29,807 nucleotides of DNA from an uncultured bacterium (GTDB taxonomy: Bacteria > Armatimonadota > Hebobacteria > Hebobacterales > Hebobacteraceae), in NCBI GenBank assembly GCA_964620055.1, contig CAZUGW010000004.1, positions 1 to 29,807 of the forward strand, given 5' to 3'. The notes beneath the pieces were generated by a model. The model saw only the letters and a list, made by a program, of their open reading frames with translations, did not search any database and was not told the origin of the DNA. The translations under genes were made by a program, and so were the position numbers. Positions 1 to 7,555 of this stretch are shown one piece after another (the stretch's first letter is position 1; each line of letters begins with the position of its first letter).

Positions 1-86
1 GGGGCCAGGGGCCAGGGGTCCCTCTGGGGACGGCGTTGCCGCCCCAACGGGACGGCAGAGCCGCCAGGGGCCAGGGGCCAGGGGGT
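1..86. repeat. Short tandem GGGGCCA heptamer repeats in two clusters
   Basis: ggggcca-ggggcca-gggg at 1-18 and gccagggggccaggggccaggggg at 63-86. Confidence 0.7.
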
Positions 87-335
87 TGAGGGGGGAGGGG
101 TAGCGGGGTGGGCTGCTCGTGGCGATAGCCCTCTGCTCATACGTATGAATGTGTGAGGCGGGAGGGTTTGGAGTCTGTGGAGTGAGTCTCCGGGTCGGGG
201 ACTTTGGACGGGAAGTCTCCCGGTTGGGGCGGACTGCGGGGACTTCGCGATTCTGATCTGTGGACTCGGTGAACAGGCAAGGCATGGCCGGAGTGACGGG
301 CGGAGGGGCAGGGCCGAGGCGATCAGGTTGCTCAT
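1..335 (-). CDS. Possible Pro-rich ORF running off the left edge of the window (MSNLIASALPLRPSLRP...)
   Basis: AGGAGG (348-343) lies 7 nt before ATG at 335, and the frame has no stop down to position 1. The translation is low-complexity and overlaps repeats, so it may not be coding. Confidence 0.2.
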   Translation of the reverse strand, partial: MSNLIASALPLRPSLRPCLACSPSPQIRIAKSPQSAPTGRLPVQSPRPGDSLHRLQTLPPHTFIRMSRGLSPRAAHPATPPPSTPWPLAPGGSAVPLGRQRRPQRDPWPLA

Positions 336-379
336 GTCATTTCCTCCTGGAAACAACGGTAAAGCAAGATCTCTCACCA

Positions 380-418
380 CCCTTCGCCCTCGCTACGCTC
401 GGCCTCAGGGTAGGCTCC
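380..418. repeat. REP-like element of the CCCTTCG...CTCAGGG(T/C)AGGCT type
   Basis: cccttcgccctcgctacgctcggcctcagggtaggctcc resembles a common intergenic palindromic repeat class; recognised from memory. Confidence 0.45.
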
Positions 419-447
419 GGCACGAAGACACAAAGGCAAAGGGAAAA

Positions 448-471
448 GGGCACGGCAGGCCGTGCCCCTAC
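448..471 (-). repeat. GTAG-type REP palindrome
   Basis: The minus strand reads GTAGGGGCACGGCCTGCCGTGCCC: a GTAG foot plus a 9-bp stem gggcacggc/gccgtgccc. Confidence 0.65.
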
Positions 472-608
472 TGATTCTCGCTACATTATACCAGGAGCTG
501 TCAAGGGGCGAGGGCGCAAGAGCAGGTGGGTTACTTGTAGTTTATGGTGAAGGGAAGTGGCGGTTCTTGGCGGATTTGGTGCGCGACGGGAGATGGGTTG
601 GTTGGGAC

Positions 609-655
609 GGGTCGAGGAGTCGAAGAGTCGAAAGGCGAGGAGTCGAGAGGCGAGG
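609..655. repeat. Degenerate 7-8 nt tandem repeat (GAGTCGA(A/G) / AGGCGAG)
   Basis: gggtcgag gagtcgaa gagtcgaa aggcgag gagtcgag aggcgagg. Confidence 0.6.
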
Positions 656-688
656 GGCCCGGGCCAAGAACAGGAAGGCAGTGAGTCT

Positions 689-779
689 GTCTCCCCCGCT
701 CCGGCGGTCCCCCGCCCCTGGAACCAGATCGGCCCACGGTGAAGCTGTGCGCCCACCCGACCGCCGGAGCGGGGGAGAC
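689..779. repeat. 91-bp element with perfect 21-bp terminal inverted repeats (MITE-like or long hairpin)
   Basis: gtctcccccgctccggcggtc (689-709) is the exact reverse complement of gaccgccggagcgggggagac (759-779). Confidence 0.75.
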
Positions 780-933
780 GGGAGGGGTGCGGAGTGGCAG
801 AAGACGAGCTTCTGCCCAACGGGTAGCAGATTGTGCCCGAAGCATCCCCTGCACCTTAGAGGGTAACGGGTTCTCAGGGTAAAGTAATGATAAGGCGCGA
901 CGCGGCCTGCACAGCGTCTACAGGGGTAACCCA

Positions 934-1635
934 ATGTTCGTACGGGAATCTGACATGGTTGCGCCGGTGACTCGCTGGATGAGGTCCAGCGTTGGCATCG
1001 AGGCCGTTAAGTCGGAATTTGTGACTCCGTGGGGCATTTGTGACCTCGTCGGCCTCACCTTCAACTCAGAGAATGTCGGTCGTCGCCTCCAACAGAAGCA
1101 GACGCGGGCGATCAGTTCGATCACGCGCGCAGTGCTGCTACTTCAGATCCCCGATGTCGAAAAGAGGAAGGCGACGACGCTCGACAAGCTGATCCGCCAG
1201 TTCGCGCCGTCGATCCCTGAAGAAGTCGTGTCCGCGCAAGTCGCTCGTCTCATTGCTGACAACTTCGTCGTACCCCTGCCGCGCGGGCGACTCAAGAAAA
1301 CAAACGGCTGGATGCCACTGCAAAACCGCCTGGTTGCCGTTGAATTGAAGCTGTCGCGCATAGACGAGGCGATGCACCAGGCGTTGAACAACCTCGGGTT
1401 CGCTGAAGAGTCGTACGTCGCCCTGCCTGCCGAAACGGCGCGTCGCGTGGCATCGGGCGCATCCCGCTGGTCAGGGTTTCTCGACGCCGGCGTAGGGCTG
1501 CTCGGAGCAACGCGCCAAGGCTGCGAGGTCTTGGTGCGAGCCCGCAAGACACGCAAGGCTCGGAACTGGACCGATGCGGCCATCCAGCTCTACTGCGTCG
1601 AGAAGTTCTGGCGTACCCGCGTCAAAGACAACTGA
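934..1635 (+). CDS. PD-(D/E)XK-like (MmcB/sce7726-like) nuclease-fold protein with a probable helical/wHTH insertion, 233 aa
   Basis: RESDM...EFVTPWGICDLVG (acidic residue), a ~95-aa insert, then VAVELKL (ExK) and AMHQALNNLGFAEESYVALP, matching the QA..Y/F...YVALP tail of MmcB-like nucleases. Confidence 0.6.
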   Translation: MFVRESDMVAPVTRWMRSSVGIEAVKSEFVTPWGICDLVGLTFNSENVGRRLQQKQTRAISSITRAVLLLQIPDVEKRKATTLDKLIRQFAPSIPEEVVSAQVARLIADNFVVPLPRGRLKKTNGWMPLQNRLVAVELKLSRIDEAMHQALNNLGFAEESYVALPAETARRVASGASRWSGFLDAGVGLLGATRQGCEVLVRARKTRKARNWTDAAIQLYCVEKFWRTRVKDN

Positions 1636-2830
1636 GCATCAGCGACTCTGCCACGGCCTCGGGTCTGCGATCCGTTCCTTTGTGTTTTAGGGGTGGCAGA
1701 GACTTGCCCAACGCATAGGCTGCCGATAGGTCCTGGAACAACGCTATAGAGCGACCCGCTCTGGGCTCGGCTGCGATGCTGTTGAACCACTGCTTGTAGA
1801 ACGTGGCTACTTGCTCCTTCGCCCGAGCCGAATCGCCTAACTGTGTGTAGCTCCTCTTGATCTCGCTGAGTTCCACGCACACTGGGTGCGCTGGGGCGAG
1901 TTCCGCAGTGGCCTCGTCGAGCCATGCCTTGAGTTCAACTTCGCGGACGACGCGCCGCCGAAGCGACGGCAGTGCCAGCCTGACGGTGGGCTTATCTCTT
2001 CTCGTGATAGGGGTTCCAGGCATAAGGTACTGGTAACCAGTGCCAACGCCGATCGCTGGATAGTCAACGAGGCCCCTAGCCCACAGCACCAGATTCAGTC
2101 CCCAGTAGGGCCCGGCGATCCTTGTATTGGTCGTGATCGCTCTGTTGAGTTCCTCATGCAGAGCGATCACGCCCGGAAATCGCTTATTCCTCAAGGTGGG
2201 CGAGCCGCTGTCGTCTATCAGGTTCGTGTCAACGACCCAGAACCCATCCGCCTGGGCCTCGTGGTAGCACCGTTCGGCCTGCTGTACCTTCGGGTTCCGT
2301 GCAGTCTTCTTGTTGACCTGGTCCTGGTGCGTGAACACGAGCGGTAGGATCAGATGCCCCGGGAAGGTGCTGTTACTCTTCCACATGCCGGTCTCCGCCG
2401 CCAGTGCGCGGTTGATCTTGTTGCGGTACGGGCCATCGACCAGTGGCAACTGCGGCACCGTGATCCAAGCGGGGTTGTGGCGATTACACTCCTGCATCAC
2501 CGCCTCAACGAAGGCATGGACTTGGGCGGCATCTGGCTTCTCATGACCAGCAGGGTCGCCGATACTGTCGAAATAGGGGAACCTGCTCATGAACTTGAAC
2601 CAAGGATTAGCCCTCTCGCTATTGTTGCGGTGATCTCTGATGATGCGCCGTGACCCAAGATCGTCCATCCCATCGACGCACGGGTCCAGCCACACCTTCG
2701 CGCCATGCAAGAGAGGAATCAGCCTATCGGCCCTATCCAGCGGCACCCGGACGAAGGCTGAGTCGGAATACAGGTCATTTACGAGACCGCAGACGTCGTC
2801 ACCCGTGATGAAGGGGATGTGGTCGGCCAT
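1622..2830 (-). CDS. Uncharacterised 402-aa protein, possibly an alpha/beta (TIM-like) barrel
   Basis: Long ORF with RBS GAGGTG 8 nt after the FRG stop. Alternating strand/helix pattern (VWLDP, WITVPQLP, LILPLVF, GFWVVD, RIAGPYWG, ARGLVDYPAIGVG). No family recognised with certainty. Confidence 0.75.
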   Translation of the reverse strand: MADHIPFITGDDVCGLVNDLYSDSAFVRVPLDRADRLIPLLHGAKVWLDPCVDGMDDLGSRRIIRDHRNNSERANPWFKFMSRFPYFDSIGDPAGHEKPDAAQVHAFVEAVMQECNRHNPAWITVPQLPLVDGPYRNKINRALAAETGMWKSNSTFPGHLILPLVFTHQDQVNKKTARNPKVQQAERCYHEAQADGFWVVDTNLIDDSGSPTLRNKRFPGVIALHEELNRAITTNTRIAGPYWGLNLVLWARGLVDYPAIGVGTGYQYLMPGTPITRRDKPTVRLALPSLRRRVVREVELKAWLDEATAELAPAHPVCVELSEIKRSYTQLGDSARAKEQVATFYKQWFNSIAAEPRAGRSIALFQDLSAAYALGKSLPPLKHKGTDRRPEAVAESLMLSCL

Positions 2831-2838
2831 AGCTCACC

Positions 2839-3654
2839 TCATAACCTCGCTGCGCGTCGGAGATGGGAGCAGACATGCTCAGGTTCCGGAAAGATGAACA
2901 TCTCTCCCATGCCTACTCGCTCGAGTTCGTCCAGGAGTGCTGCTTTGTGCTCCTTCAGGATGGGAACGTACAGGAGAGAACTAGCCTGATGCCTGTCCAG
3001 GTCAAACCTGCGAGAGCCGTGTAACGTGAACACCCCATTCTGCATAGCGATGCGTTCGGTATTCCAGGTCGGGTTGATCGCAATGGTTCGTTTCCCTCTG
3101 GCGCTTAGCCGCCCGCCGAGTCCGAAGTATGGGCTGATGATGTCCGCGTCCTTCTGGGGGCTGAAAACGCGAGGCGACCTCGGATCGGCGCGCTGGTTCA
3201 GCTCGATGGGGTTCAGGATGACGACCAGGCCATCTGCATCCTGGTCCTGGGAACACGCGAAGAACAGCGCGACCGCTGCATTCTGAGTCCAATCCAACAG
3301 TCGGGTCGGGAGTCCATAGTGCTGAGCCACCTGCATCCACCCCAGTTCGTCTTCAACTGCAGGAGGGCGTGGCAGCTTCATCTCCAGGAACCGCTTCATG
3401 TCGCTCACGAGGCCTAGCGCCCGATCTCTACTCTCGACTTCGTCATAGCGGAGAGCGGACGGCACGAGCCTGTAGTCCACCCGAGGATGTCCACGAAACC
3501 AGAACACCTTGTTGGGCTCAAGGAGCGAGTGGAACACGCCGAAGAAATCGCTGAGTGAGGCGATGACGTCATCCTTGTACATCGGGCAGTCGATCGGGCA
3601 GCGGCGGTAGCGCCGATCGAGGTCGCGGCGAAGTCCTGTCATCGTTGCGGGCAT
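2839..3654 (-). CDS. FRG domain-containing protein, 271 aa
   Basis: FWFRGH...LVPSALR, QVAQHYGLPTRLLDWTQNAAVALFFAC, RIAMQNGVFTLHG and the C-terminal LLDELERVG...FIFPEPE are FRG (PF08867-type) signatures. Confidence 0.93.
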   Translation of the reverse strand: MPATMTGLRRDLDRRYRRCPIDCPMYKDDVIASLSDFFGVFHSLLEPNKVFWFRGHPRVDYRLVPSALRYDEVESRDRALGLVSDMKRFLEMKLPRPPAVEDELGWMQVAQHYGLPTRLLDWTQNAAVALFFACSQDQDADGLVVILNPIELNQRADPRSPRVFSPQKDADIISPYFGLGGRLSARGKRTIAINPTWNTERIAMQNGVFTLHGSRRFDLDRHQASSLLYVPILKEHKAALLDELERVGMGEMFIFPEPEHVCSHLRRAARL

Positions 3655-3918
3655 ACGAGATCATCTCCACAGATCAGACGGCTATAGACAACCTCCTAGT
3701 ACGAAGCCTTCCCTACTATTTGTTTATTCAGCGCGAGTTTTTTGGTCTTCGAACTTATCCTGCTATTCGTTGACTAGGAGCTTGTCTCCTGCCGCTTCTT
3801 GGTGATTCGACCCTTGCGCTGTGACAGGACGCAGGCTATGGTCAACGCCTCAGGTCGGATTCCCACATGTCCCATGCGCCCTCCCCTCCGGCACCTCTGC
3901 CCGGGCGCAGTCTCTCTC

Positions 3919-4092
3919 TCACCGCTGAACGGTACTGCTCAGGTAGCCCCGCAGTTCCTCCACCAGCGCGTACTTGCGCGCTTTGCGCGAGGGGTCAGCA
4001 ATGGTGAGCCAGCCGTCTGTCACCCACTTGGCGAGGAGGGTGCGGGCCGTGCGCGCGGATAGGCCGAGGGTGTGGGCGACGTCGGATAGGTT
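3919..4092 (-). pseudogene. Start-less gene remnant encoding a C-terminal winged HTH resembling the tail of Fic-family proteins
   Basis: The frame reads NLSDVAHTLGLSARTARTLLAKWVTDGWLTIADPSRKARKYALVEELRGYLSSTVQR*, has an in-frame TGA directly upstream (4095-4093) and no start codon at its 5' end. The Fic assignment is from memory of similar C-termini. Confidence 0.6.
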
Positions 4093-4108
4093 TCAGGGCC
4101 CACAAGAG

Positions 4109-4133
4109 GCAGGCGGGACGCCTGCGCTCCCAG
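4109..4133. repeat. REP-like palindrome GCAGGCGGGACGCCTGCGCTCCCAG
   Basis: 7-bp stem gcaggcg/cgcctgc plus a GCTCCCAG tail, a common REP architecture. Confidence 0.55.
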
Positions 4134-4311
4134 GGGGCGAAGCCACGGAGGGGGGTCGGGGCAGGCTCTGCGCTGCGGTTCCGTGGTCACTGCAGATAGC
4201 GAAGCGCGGTAGTGCTGCTATTTCTCCGATGGGCTGTCGCGGCGCGGCGACAGGTAGATATGAGGAATCAGAGCGCCCTCGGCGCTCTGGCGTGAGCGAA
4301 CGGCGCGGCGC

Positions 4312-4962
4312 CTAGGCCGCGGCCATCATTTTGCGGATGCTCTTGCCGATCTTGCGCTTGGCGCGCTGGAGGGCGTTGTCCACGGACTTGACGCGCCGGC
4401 GCAGTTCCGCGGCGATTTCCTGGTAGGACTTGCCTTCTAGGTGGCCGCGCAGCACGGCGGACTCGAGGTCGCTGAGTTCGCGCTTGATGCGGTGGCGCAG
4501 GTCGTCGGAGAACTGCTGGGTGATGACGACCTGCTCCGGGTCGGACTTGTCGGACTCGGCGAGGGTGTCGAGCAGGGTGCGGTCGGAATCGGAGTCGAAG
4601 AGACTGGCATGCAGGGAGACGTAAGAGTTGAGCGGGATGTGCTTCTGGCGGGTCGCCGCCTTGATGGCGGTGAAGATCTGCCGGCTGATGCACAGTTCTG
4701 CGAAAGCCCGGAACGGAAGGAGCTTGTCGTTGCGGAAGTCCCGGATAGCTTTGAAGAGGCCGATCATGCCTTCCTGGACGATGTCCTCGTGATCGGCGCC
4801 GATCAGGAAGTAGGAGCGGGCCTTGCCCTCTACGATGCTGCGATACTTGGACAACAGATGCTCCGTGGCCCGAGCGCTGCCGCCTTTGGCGTATCGCACA
4901 ACCTCTTCGTCTAGCATGCCGTGGAACGTCATGGGCATGTCGCGCAGGTAAGTGTCAGGCAC
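4312..4962 (-). CDS. sigH: RNA polymerase sigma factor SigH (Spo0H-like)
   Basis: KARSYFLIGADHEDIVQEGMIGLFKAIRDF, FRAFAELCISRQIFTAIKAATRQKHIPLNSYVSL and GKSYQEIA...KSVDNALQRAKRK. Start placed at GTG 4962 (GGAGG 8 nt upstream); the ORF extends to 4980. Confidence 0.93.
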   Translation of the reverse strand: MPDTYLRDMPMTFHGMLDEEVVRYAKGGSARATEHLLSKYRSIVEGKARSYFLIGADHEDIVQEGMIGLFKAIRDFRNDKLLPFRAFAELCISRQIFTAIKAATRQKHIPLNSYVSLHASLFDSDSDRTLLDTLAESDKSDPEQVVITQQFSDDLRHRIKRELSDLESAVLRGHLEGKSYQEIAAELRRRVKSVDNALQRAKRKIGKSIRKMMAAA

Positions 4963-5123
4963 TACTGCCGCCTCCACCATCAGAAGTCAAAGTGAACTCA
5001 ACAGACAGTTGAAGGAGCACAACACACGACTGGGCGGCTTTTCGATAGGCTCCTCCCGCGATGGCAGAGCGGTTTCTCGCAGCTTGGGCCCGGACCTGCA
5101 CCGCCGCTGACCCGGACTTTTCG

Positions 5124-5152
5124 ATTATAGGGGAAGGTTTTCGCGCCGTCAA
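5124..5152 (-). promoter_or_regulatory. Sigma70/SigA-type promoter upstream of sigH
   Basis: TTGACG-N17-TATAAT on the minus strand. Confidence 0.75.
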
Positions 5153-5244
5153 GCGCGACCCCGGTCGGACTTCGTAAATAGTCGGCAAAAAGCCGATTTT
5201 CTGGGAAGTTTTCGCGACGCGCGGCGCCTCCGCGCGCGCTTTGG

Positions 5245-6681
5245 CTACTTTCTACGCCAGGAGGTTCCGTCGGGTCGGTCCTCCAGCGCGATCCCCAACT
5301 CCCCCAGCCGCGCCCGGATTCCGTCGGCGATGGCGTACTGCCCCGCCTCCCGGGCCTGCCGGCGCACCTCGATCAGGAGTTGCATCAGGTCGTTCGCCAG
5401 GCCGTGCGCCGCCGCCGTTTCCTGCTGGAGGTCGAGGCCCAGCACCCCGGCCAGATCCACCAGCGTCCGGTTCACCGCGGCCAGGGTGTCGTGCCCGGCC
5501 TGGGAGGGCGCGAAGGTGACGTTGGCGCTCGCCGAGACGCGGTTGAGCGCGCCCACCAGTCCGTGCAGCGAGGCCAGGGCGCGGGGGGTGTTGAAGTCGT
5601 CGTCCATCGCCTCCTCGAAGTCGGCGGCGGCCGCGACGCGCACCTCGGTCAGCTCCGCCAGGTCCTCCCCTCCGGCCTTCACCGGGGAGGAGAGCAGTCG
5701 CTCCAGGGTCTGGCGGGCGATGTGGAGGCGCTCCAAGGCGCGCTGGGACTGTTCCAGGGCCGATTCCGTGAACGGGATGGCGCTCCCGTAGTGGGCGGCG
5801 AGGCAGAAGTAGCGCAAGGCCGGGCCGCCCGTGCGCAGGATCGCCTCGCTCAACGGGATGACGTTGCCGATTGACTTGCTCATCTTTTCCGCGGAAAGGT
5901 CGAGCATGCCGTTGTGCATCCAGTACCGGGCGAACTGGCACCGGCAGGCGGCCTCGGACTGGGCGATTTCGTTTTCGTGATGGGGGAAGATGAGGTCGCT
6001 CCCGCCGCCGTGGATGTCGAAAGTGTCGCCCAGGTACTTGCGGCTCATGGCCGAGCATTCGATGTGCCAGCCCGGTCGCCCGGGTCCCCACGGGCTGTCC
6101 CAGCTCGGCTCGCCCGGCTTCGCGCCCTTCCACAAGAAAAAGTCGCGGGGGTCGCGCTTGCGGGTGTCTTCCTCCACCCGCGCCCCGGTGAGTTGGGAGT
6201 CGAAGTCGCGCTTGGAGAGCTTGCCGTACCCGGGGAAGCTCGGGACGTGGAAGGCGACATCGCCGTCCAGGGCGTAGGCGTGTCCTTGCGCGACCAGCGT
6301 TTCGATGAGGGAGATGATCTCGGGAATGTGCTCGCTGGCGCGGGGCATGGCGCTGGGAGGGAGGACATTGAGGGCGGCCAGGTCCCGCACCAGGTCCTCG
6401 GTGTAGCCCTCGGCCAACTCTTTCCAGCCGCGCTCCTCCTGCGTCGACGCGGCGATGATCTTGTCCTCCACATCGGTGATGTTGTAGATGAAGGTCACCT
6501 CGTAGCCGCGATGCAGCAACCAGCGGCGGACGATGTCGAACGCGACCGCGGACCGGCCGTGGCCGATGTGGGCCGGGGCGTAGGAGGTGACGCCGCAGAC
6601 ATACATCGCGACCTTGCCCGGCTCGCGGGGGGTGAATTCCTCTTTGGCGCGCGTCAGCGTGTTGTAGATGCGAATGGACAT
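5245..6681 (-). CDS. cysS: Cysteine--tRNA ligase
   Basis: MYVCGVT, HIGH, NITDVEDKII, WDSPWGPGRPGWHIECSAM, DIHGGGSDLIFPHHENEIAQ, KMSKS, C-terminal ADGIRARL...LEDRPDGTSW. Confidence 0.98.
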   Translation of the reverse strand: MSIRIYNTLTRAKEEFTPREPGKVAMYVCGVTSYAPAHIGHGRSAVAFDIVRRWLLHRGYEVTFIYNITDVEDKIIAASTQEERGWKELAEGYTEDLVRDLAALNVLPPSAMPRASEHIPEIISLIETLVAQGHAYALDGDVAFHVPSFPGYGKLSKRDFDSQLTGARVEEDTRKRDPRDFFLWKGAKPGEPSWDSPWGPGRPGWHIECSAMSRKYLGDTFDIHGGGSDLIFPHHENEIAQSEAACRCQFARYWMHNGMLDLSAEKMSKSIGNVIPLSEAILRTGGPALRYFCLAAHYGSAIPFTESALEQSQRALERLHIARQTLERLLSSPVKAGGEDLAELTEVRVAAAADFEEAMDDDFNTPRALASLHGLVGALNRVSASANVTFAPSQAGHDTLAAVNRTLVDLAGVLGLDLQQETAAAHGLANDLMQLLIEVRRQAREAGQYAIADGIRARLGELGIALEDRPDGTSWRRK

Positions 6682-6693
6682 TGCTATGCCTTA

Positions 6694-6775
6694 AGTAAAA
6701 AGTAAAAGGTAAAAAGGCAAAAAAGGATAGGATAACTTACTCTGATTTTTGCCTTTTGCCTTTTTACTTTTGCCT
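6694..6775. repeat. Inverted pair of AAAAGGC/AAAAGTA heptamer-like tandem repeats between cysE and cysS
   Basis: agtaaaaagtaaaaggtaaaaaggcaaaaaagg ... tttttgccttttgcctttttacttttgcc; the cysE TAA stop (6766-6764) falls inside the right arm. Confidence 0.75.
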
Positions 6776-7429
6776 TGCCTCCACCAGCAGCCGCGCCTGC
6801 AACTGCTCTAATCTGCGCTCGTACTCCTCGAAGCGCAGGCTGATCTCTCTCATGCACTGCTCGCACGGGTCAACCTGCGTGGCGCCGGAGGTGGAGGTGA
6901 AGGCGATCCGCTTGCCTTGCTCCCGCACCGTGCGGGCCGGGACTCCCACCACGGTGGAGTCCGCGGGCACGGAGCGGATCACTACCGAGCCAGCGCCGAT
7001 GAGGGCGTTGTCGCCAATGACGATGTTGCCCAGGACGCTGGCTCCCACGCCCACCACCACGTTGTTGCCCAGGGTAGGGTGACGCTTTCCGGTCTCTTTC
7101 CCGGTGCCGCCGAGGGTGACGCCCTGGTAGAGCGTGCAGTTGTCGCCGATCTCGGTGGTCTCGCCGATCACGGTGCCCATGCCGTGGTCAATGAACAGGC
7201 CGCGGCCGATGCGCGCGGCGGGATGGATCTCGATCCCGGTGAGAAAGCGGGCGATCTGGGAAAGGAACCGCGCGCTCAGGCGGAGGCGACGGCCCCACAG
7301 CCAGTGCGCCAGCCGATGCAGAATGCTGGCGTGCAGGCCGGGGTAGCAGAGCAGGACCTCCAGCCGACTCCTCGCCGCCGGGTCCCGCTCCAGCGCGGCC
7401 CTGATGTCGGAACGAATTCCCTGAAACAT
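6764..7429 (-). CDS. cysE: Serine O-acetyltransferase
   Basis: [73 protein letters not shown]. Start at ATG 7429 after GGGAGAGGTG. Confidence 0.97.
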   Translation of the reverse strand: MFQGIRSDIRAALERDPAARSRLEVLLCYPGLHASILHRLAHWLWGRRLRLSARFLSQIARFLTGIEIHPAARIGRGLFIDHGMGTVIGETTEIGDNCTLYQGVTLGGTGKETGKRHPTLGNNVVVGVGASVLGNIVIGDNALIGAGSVVIRSVPADSTVVGVPARTVREQGKRIAFTSTSGATQVDPCEQCMREISLRFEEYERRLEQLQARLLVEARQK

Positions 7430-7456
7430 CACCTCTCCCGTGACGTGCGCTGGCTC

Positions 7457-7486
7457 AGTATATCGGCGGGCTTTCTTGAGTGTCAA
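7457..7486 (-). promoter_or_regulatory. Sigma70-type promoter for cysE-cysS
   Basis: TTGACA-N18-TATACT on the minus strand, ~28 nt upstream of the cysE start. Confidence 0.7.
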
Positions 7487-7555
7487 GGCGCGCCCAATCC
7501 GGGCGCGCCAATCTGGGCGCCGCGGGCGGGAGGGCGGCACGTGTCATGTCGGTTC

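Noticed and set aside
840-933. Integron attC/attI site before the nuclease gene
   Set aside because: No RYYYAAC...GTTRRRY box pair with the proper palindrome, and no integrase in the window
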